Shown here one piece after another: positions 59,185 through 64,000 of a DNA stretch of 64,000 bases (position 1 is its first letter; every line of letters starts with the position of its first letter). This DNA is from Deltaproteobacteria bacterium (GTDB lineage: Bacteria > Bdellovibrionota_B > Oligoflexia > Oligoflexales > Bog-1112), in NCBI GenBank assembly GCA_020635195.1, contig JACKAG010000006.1, forward strand, positions 4,010 to 68,009, written 5' to 3'. The notes below the pieces were generated by a model. The model did not search any database, had not been told where the DNA came from, and saw only the letters and a program-made list of their open reading frames with translations. The position numbers and the translations under genes are program-made.

Positions 59185-60300
59185 TCAGAAATAAGCCAGC
59201 TGACCACAGGCTGCGGTGATATCCTGCCCTTTACTGAAGCGTATCATGGAGCGCAGGCCCATCTCGTGAAGCTCCTGCTGAAAGCTCCTGAGACTGTCAG
59301 GATCAGGAGGAGAGAGCGTGTTTGCACTGATCGGGTTAAGCGGAATGAGGTTGATACGTGTCCGGATGCCAGTCAGAGTCTGAGCCAGTCTTCTGGCATG
59401 ATCTCTGGAATCATTGACGCCAGAGATCAGGGTATATTGAATCAGGATATGCTTTCCTGATTGCTGAGTATATTCTTTCAGTAAGTTGAGCACATCAGCC
59501 AGAGGATAGCGACGGTTAATCGGCATCAGCCAGTTGCGCTTAGCCTGCTCCGTCTCATGCAGGCTAAGAGCCAGACCGACTCCGTAATTCTTTTCTGTCA
59601 GGACTTTCAGACCATCCAGGTGTCCGGCTGTGGAAACAGTCACTTTGCGGGGTGCCAGAGCAAGGCCATGGTGATCCAGCATGATTTCAATGGCCCGACA
59701 AAGTTCTGTCAGATTATCCAGCGGTTCGCCCATCCCCATAAAGACGACATTGGTCACCAGTGCAGATTCCGGAAGCCCTGTTCGGGTTTTCCACCAGGGA
59801 TTTGCCTGTATCCATGCATTGGCAGCCATCACCTGCCCGATCATTTCACCAGAGTTGAGGTTGCGTATCAGACCCATTTTGCCTGTGTGACAAAAGCGAC
59901 AGGCCTGACGACAGCCCACCTGCGAGGAAACACAGAGGGTGATCCTTGAAGATTCCGGCATCAGAACAGCTTCAGTCAGTTGCCCCTCCTCCAGGCGGAG
60001 GGCAAATTTAACAGAGTTGTCATAAGCGGATATCAGCTCTTTGTCGATGACCGGAGTCAGACAACGAAAGGCTTTGCCTGCTGTCCGGGGTAGGGCCAAA
60101 GGAAGGCCGGTGGCTTGCCAGGGTTCTGTCTCCAGATTGCGGTAAGCCTGACGAAAGATGAGCTGGCTATGGTCCTGATGATAGCCGGAGATTTTCAGCC
60201 AATTTTTCAGATCGTTCTGTGACAGAGAGTAAAAATTTTCCATGTGATTCCACACGATATATTGCCCGGGTTTTATTTTTGGACGGGGCTCCAATATCAT
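59185..60300 (-). CDS. rlmN: 23S rRNA/tRNA adenine-C2 methyltransferase RlmN (radical SAM)
   Basis: CVSSQVGCRQACRFCHTG is the CxxxCxxC cluster. GMGEPLDN motif. The C-terminal catalytic Cys lies in AACGQL. Confidence 0.9.
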   Translation of the reverse strand: MILEPRPKIKPGQYIVWNHMENFYSLSQNDLKNWLKISGYHQDHSQLIFRQAYRNLETEPWQATGLPLALPRTAGKAFRCLTPVIDKELISAYDNSVKFALRLEEGQLTEAVLMPESSRITLCVSSQVGCRQACRFCHTGKMGLIRNLNSGEMIGQVMAANAWIQANPWWKTRTGLPESALVTNVVFMGMGEPLDNLTELCRAIEIMLDHHGLALAPRKVTVSTAGHLDGLKVLTEKNYGVGLALSLHETEQAKRNWLMPINRRYPLADVLNLLKEYTQQSGKHILIQYTLISGVNDSRDHARRLAQTLTGIRTRINLIPLNPISANTLSPPDPDSLRSFQQELHEMGLRSMIRFSKGQDITAACGQLAYF

Positions 60301-60355
60301 GTGTTCTTCATAATGTCCAGAGTTGTCTGCCGGAGAGGTCTGCGAAAATGCGCGT

Positions 60356-61126
60356 TTATTCTGTCCCTCTATGTTTTTTTTCCGGAGCTGAAGGGCTCTT
60401 GTCTTTGTTTACAGACCCCTGTCTTTCAAGGACCTCGGCGAGTTGATTGAGCTTTTTAGCAAGATCCTGCAGCTCATCTTTGCTGCGAACATGAATTCTC
60501 GACGAATATTTTCCCCGGATCAGATCATCAATAAAGCGATCAATTGAAACCAGAGGTCCATAGTATCGGTGTGTCAGGGAGACTGCGATACTGAAGGTAA
60601 CCGTCATAAAAATAAGAAAGAATAAAAGAATACGGATTGCATTCGTTTCAAAAACTGTATTAAGACGAAGTTCCCACAGCTCTTCCGGGTCAACCACACT
60701 GAAAATACTGATCAGCTGTGTATACTGGTCATCAAAAGCATTCCAGAACATAATTCCTGATGCCAGAATAAAAGCAAACGAAGTCCCTATCATATAGAGG
60801 CCAAATTTAATCTGGCTGAAAGGCTCGATCAGAAAGGATCTCAGAGTCCTCTTTTTACCGGAACGTTTGCCTGCTTCTGATGTCAAATGGCACCTCTTCA
60901 TCTGGAAATACTGGCTGTCTTTTCCCGATCCTGTTTCGGATTTCCTTCGCTTTACATAAGCTTTATGCAGATCTCTCAGATAATCTACTGAAATAAGATC
61001 AGAAAAAAGTAACGCTCTTATAGCTTGCCTTTTTTTTATGAGGAGGGTAATCTGCGGAGCTTGGATAACTGTTATGCTTTTGGAGAGAAACCTTGCACGG
61101 ATCAAGACATAAGAGGAAACACTCAA
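60356..61126 (-). CDS. Membrane protein with a single HAMP-like domain
   Basis: Two TM segments (FGLYMIGTSFAFILASGIMFW and ILLFFLIFMTVTFSIAVSL) are followed by HRYYGPLVSIDRFIDDLIRGKYSSRIHVRSKDELQDLAKKLNQLAEVLE. The true start is probably the internal MKRCHL..., which would remove the overlap with the small basic ORF. Confidence 0.55.
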   Translation of the reverse strand: MSVSSYVLIRARFLSKSITVIQAPQITLLIKKRQAIRALLFSDLISVDYLRDLHKAYVKRRKSETGSGKDSQYFQMKRCHLTSEAGKRSGKKRTLRSFLIEPFSQIKFGLYMIGTSFAFILASGIMFWNAFDDQYTQLISIFSVVDPEELWELRLNTVFETNAIRILLFFLIFMTVTFSIAVSLTHRYYGPLVSIDRFIDDLIRGKYSSRIHVRSKDELQDLAKKLNQLAEVLERQGSVNKDKSPSAPEKKHRGTE

Positions 61127-61197
61127 AGGGCCGAAGAAAAGTCGGAAGGAAAAAACGTCGTATGATGAGAAAGCGCCGTTTATTACGAACGAAATAA
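61093..61197 (+). CDS. Candidate 34-aa hyper-basic small protein (bS22 / AURKAIP1-DUF1713-like)
   Basis: Below the ORF-track size cutoff. My manual translation reads (TTG)HGSRHKRKHSKGRRKVGRKKRRMMRKRRLLRTK*. GGAGAG lies 5-6 nt upstream of the TTG. The KKRRMMRKRRLLRT core resembles the mycobacterial bS22 KKRRKRMSKKKHRKLLRRT, recalled from memory. Confidence 0.35.
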   Translation: MHGSRHKRKHSKGRRKVGRKKRRMMRKRRLLRTK

Positions 61198-61276
61198 TAA
61201 TAAGGCGGCAGCTTTTGCCTCTGCGATGAAAAAGCGGTCCGGATATCTGTATCCTGAGCCTTTCTTCCGTTTTGAG

Positions 61277-61297
61277 AGGGTCTTTTTGACCCTTTTA
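61277..61297 (+). terminator. Hairpin plus T-tract, candidate terminator
   Basis: AGGGTC-TTTTT-GACCCT followed by TTTTATCTCTTCTTATTTTT. Confidence 0.4.
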
Positions 61298-61366
61298 TCT
61301 CTTCTTATTTTTCTGATATTTTCTGTATGAAGCAAGGCAAAACTCTGCGAAGAGCAACGCCGCATT

Positions 61367-61723
61367 TCATGGTATCAGCTTATAAACAAGCACGAGACTC
61401 ACAGCAATAGCCGCATAGCCTGCTTGTTCCAGGCGGCGCTGCCTTAGCAGCTCCCGCCCTTTTCGCTGATTCCGGAGCCGGGCATCCTGCTGCGCCTCAA
61501 AATTCCTGACTGCTTCTCTGCGCCCCTCTTTCGTGATCTTGCAGAATGGAAGCCTGAAGGTTTCTGGTGTTTGCCTGCACAGCACCGGCGCAGGCAAAGT
61601 CTGAACGAGCACGGGAAGTTTTATACTCTCCGGACGACCCTTTTGCCCAGAGCTTTTGTTTTCCATAGCGAAAGTCAGGTTGCTACTGAAGGTTATAAGG
61701 ATAAGCATAAGTAATCTTTGCAT
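61367..61723 (-). CDS. Small exported protein of unknown function
   Basis: 118 aa. Signal peptide MQRLLMLILITFSSNLTFA, a basic middle region and a C-terminal hydrophobic anchor (YAAIAVSLVLVYKLI). Confidence 0.5.
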   Translation of the reverse strand: MQRLLMLILITFSSNLTFAMENKSSGQKGRPESIKLPVLVQTLPAPVLCRQTPETFRLPFCKITKEGRREAVRNFEAQQDARLRNQRKGRELLRQRRLEQAGYAAIAVSLVLVYKLIP

Positions 61724-62088
61724 TCTGCTGTCCTTTTTTCCTATGATTTAAATTTATATAAAAAAGATACAAAAAAAACAAAGAATATACAATAATTTTT
61801 TTTAGATTTTATCTTCAACATATCGGATTGTTTTGTTTTTTATTTATTTCAAAGACTCCGACACTGTTCTGCTTCCAGCCAGGCAACAGGAGATATCACT
61901 TGTTTTCCATGATGGATTTACCTTTATATCCTGGTGTGTCAATCCAATGTACGGGGCCTTGCGCTCATAAAACAGATATAACCTATTGATTTTACTTCTG
62001 ACCCAATTAAATCCACCTAAGTTGTTGAGAAACTACCACATTCTATGTATATATCTACATTTTTTTATGACGAAAAAAGGATCACGCT

Positions 62089-63198
62089 ATGAAAAAAATC
62101 GCCTTTATCCTGATGTGCCTCTACCGGTCTTCTGAGATAGCTGCCTCCCCTTCCTCCGCAGACATCGAGTTTGGAAAGGCTTTTTACCAATGGATGGACT
62201 CAAAAACACAGGGACAAGCTCTTACACAACAGCAGCGTACTCAATTAGAACAGTCTTTTTCTGCGTTAATACGCCTCCATCCCGGACATCAGGATCAGGA
62301 TCAGGATCCAAGCTCCCGGAAGAAAAGAAAGAGAGATGAGCAGAGCAGATTAGAACAGTCTTTTTCTTCGTTAATACTCCACCCTCCCGGACATCAGGAT
62401 CAGCATCCGAGCTCCCGGAACAAAAGAAAGGAAGATGAGCAGAGCAGGTCACCAAAGGCAAAAACAACAATAGCTGAAGCCAGAGGAAAATTTACACCCG
62501 GTTCACGTCAGACAGCATCAGAAACGAAAGTGTCTACGACCCCCATAACCAACGACTACAGAGAGACAAATATTATTTATACCCTCACACCAGAAGGTGC
62601 GCATTTTCCAAGATTTGATGCTGAAAATGAAGAACTGACGACCTCTCAGATTAATAAAATCCTGAATGCCCTGATAAATCATGATGATCCGAATCAACCT
62701 TTTTATATTGGAAGAACAGGAGATTCTGCAAGGAGGGCACAGGAACATAAGAAAGACATAACCAATAGTACTTATAACAAAAAATCAGCTCTTTTTATGA
62801 GTTCTGATACCACAGAAACCGATATTCAGATGGAAGGTGTTATTTTCAATGTTCGTCCTGATCAGTTAGCCCTCCTTGAAGGCCTTATCATAAGACTGAC
62901 GAATGCTCACAGAAGAGAGTGTGGAGCGAACCAACAGGGCCCCGAATCAGCAGCCAACGATTACTGGGAAGAGCACAAGGAAGAAATTAAGAAAAAAAAT
63001 GATATTCAGCTGCAAGGCGACCATGTTTATACTCTGATCTCTGATAGCCAGTTTGTTCTGAAGGCCAGGACATCACAGCTGGAAAACATAAATACAGATG
63101 CTGATTGCGAGTCTCTTCTGGCAGCACATACTCTGCAATCAGATCAGAAAGACACAGTGCGAATACTGGATCTTTCTGAGGATGAGGATGAAGAATGA
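62089..63198 (+). CDS. Exported protein with tandem NLS-like repeats and a possible GIY-YIG-superfamily-like core
   Basis: MKKIAFILMCLYRSSEIAA is signal-like. There are two 33-35-aa repeats, LEQSFS.LI.(L)HPGHQDQ..(D)PSSR(K/N)KRK(R/E)DEQSR. Also present are FYIGRTGDSARRAQEH and LALLEGLIIRLTN, and an acidic tail LSEDEDEE. The upstream region is AT-rich. Confidence 0.6.
   Translation: MKKIAFILMCLYRSSEIAASPSSADIEFGKAFYQWMDSKTQGQALTQQQRTQLEQSFSALIRLHPGHQDQDQDPSSRKKRKRDEQSRLEQSFSSLILHPPGHQDQHPSSRNKRKEDEQSRSPKAKTTIAEARGKFTPGSRQTASETKVSTTPITNDYRETNIIYTLTPEGAHFPRFDAENEELTTSQINKILNALINHDDPNQPFYIGRTGDSARRAQEHKKDITNSTYNKKSALFMSSDTTETDIQMEGVIFNVRPDQLALLEGLIIRLTNAHRRECGANQQGPESAANDYWEEHKEEIKKKNDIQLQGDHVYTLISDSQFVLKARTSQLENINTDADCESLLAAHTLQSDQKDTVRILDLSEDEDEE
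62245..62448 (+). repeat. Imperfect tandem repeat (about 105 nt and about 99 nt) inside the CDS
   Basis: TTAGAACAGTCTTTTTCT[G/T]CGTTAATAC...CCCGGACATCAGGATCAG...AGCTCCCGGAA[G/C]AAAAGAAAG...GATGAGCAGAGCAG starts at 62245 and again at 62350. Confidence 0.85.
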
Positions 63199-63334
63199 CG
63201 AACACCCCGGCATTCATGTAAGAGATGGAGTCTTTTATATATAATAGACGGGGACAGTCATTCTCAAAGCTCTGCCCACGAGAGCATGTTTTCTGGCGCC
63301 TATGAACACCAAAGGAAGGTCCGGAGATGTTCTT

Positions 63335-64000
63335 ATGCCTTTAACATTTTCCGGAAATCTGGATCGCCTGCAAACGGAACAGGTTCAGCGGGACAGTCAT
63401 GCTCAGTGGGGTGAAGACAAGCAACCTGAAGAGCGTCTTTCAGATCTGTTTGATCTCATCGACACCTTCGGAGAGGCAGCACTGCATCTGGAAGGGCTCA
63501 TCGACAGATCTGCGACAGTCCTTTCTTCCCTTAAGCGCTACACCTATCGGATTGCTACTCCAGGCCTTTCCAGATCACTGGCAGCAGTTGGTCTTGGAGC
63601 CGTCTTCACGCATCCGGATCACCGTGGCTGCGGTTATGCCCCGACCTTAATCCATAAGACTCTGGAGAAAGCACGGAATGAAGGTTTTGATATGGCTCTG
63701 CTTTTTTCCGACATTACACCAGCGTTTTATGAAAAATGTGGATTCATGGCAATTCCTGCAGAAACCGCATGGATCGCTCTTTCTGCCGTTCCACAGGCCC
63801 CTCCTCTGCTGACCCGACCTGCCGCCCCCCGGGATCTGTCGCGTCTTCTGAGCTGGTATGAATCCTCGTGGTCAGATGACTGGATTCGCGTACAGCGTCA
63901 GCGTGAGACCTGGGATCTGATGTTAAGAATCAACGCCCATCCATCACTTCTGATTTTATCAGACGGAGCAGACGAACTTGGCTACGTTGCCGTAAGAGAG
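63335..64000 (+). CDS. GNAT-family N-acetyltransferase, 3' end beyond the window
   Basis: Not in the track because it has no stop in the window. My manual translation reads MPLTFSGNLDRLQTEQ...AVFTHPDHRGCGYAPTLIHKTLEKARNEGFDMALLFSDITPAFYEKCGF..., which contains GNAT motif A. It stays open to the window end. The RBS is AAAGGAAGG. Confidence 0.7.
   Translation, partial: MPLTFSGNLDRLQTEQVQRDSHAQWGEDKQPEERLSDLFDLIDTFGEAALHLEGLIDRSATVLSSLKRYTYRIATPGLSRSLAAVGLGAVFTHPDHRGCGYAPTLIHKTLEKARNEGFDMALLFSDITPAFYEKCGFMAIPAETAWIALSAVPQAPPLLTRPAAPRDLSRLLSWYESSWSDDWIRVQRQRETWDLMLRINAHPSLLILSDGADELGYVAVRE

Noticed and set aside
61183-61365. 60-aa minus-strand basic ORF, and a 34-codon plus-strand hydrophobic ORF (about 61226-61330)
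   Set aside because: They overlap each other and a hairpin/T-tract. Neither has a convincing RBS or motifs. I could not decide between them, so I treat the region as non-coding 3' UTR or intergenic.
63399-63650. 83-aa plus-strand track ORF
   Set aside because: It is out of frame with, and nested inside, the longer open frame from 63335 that carries GNAT motif A and runs to the window end.

Overview
All functional calls here come from reading motifs by eye in the supplied translations and in a few manual translations. No database search, HMM or structure prediction was run.

This 64-kb segment looks chromosomal. It comes from a diderm, apparently motile bacterium (cheA, cheW, an MCP, a FapA/DUF342 protein and a PilZ protein are present). 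Ordinary housekeeping genes are interspersed with accessory blocks: eno, pepA, yajC, sdhCAB of the cytochrome-b558 type, a NUDIX hydrolase, SurA/parvulin chaperones, tlyA, rlmN, hbd and a pabB-like gene.

1. Positions 1-12531 hold a minus-strand, translationally coupled F-type (MPF-F-like) type IV secretion / conjugative-pilus operon. Its order is traF-like, two tandem pilin paralogs, traL, E, K, B, two lipoproteins, traC, a Cys-rich lipoprotein, traH-like, a traG_N-like gene and one more exported ORF that runs off the left edge. A divergent XRE regulator sits beside it. No relaxase, coupling protein or integrase is in the window.

2. Positions 34389-42634 are a visibly AT-richer block. It contains an operon of class-III-signal (prepilin/TadE-like) proteins whose 902-aa central member ends in a Hedgehog/intein (Hint) autoprocessing domain. 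A domainless 614-aa protein follows, and a divergent two-gene module lies upstream. This is my top candidate for an undescribed system.

3. Positions 42822-50397 hold a ClpX paralog that lacks the zinc-binding domain and has a duplicated C-terminal lid. Next comes a chemotaxis module: a STAS/Zn-ribbon protein, a P2-less CheA with an acidic repeat extension, CheW, a ParA-like ATPase and an RMD1/DUF155-like protein.

4. Candidate host-interaction genes are two signal-peptide ankyrin-repeat genes (one frameshifted), a small YD-repeat protein, a 1228-aa secreted protein of unknown function, and a secreted protein with tandem NLS-like repeats.

I recognised no rRNA, tRNA, CRISPR array, transposase or integrase.
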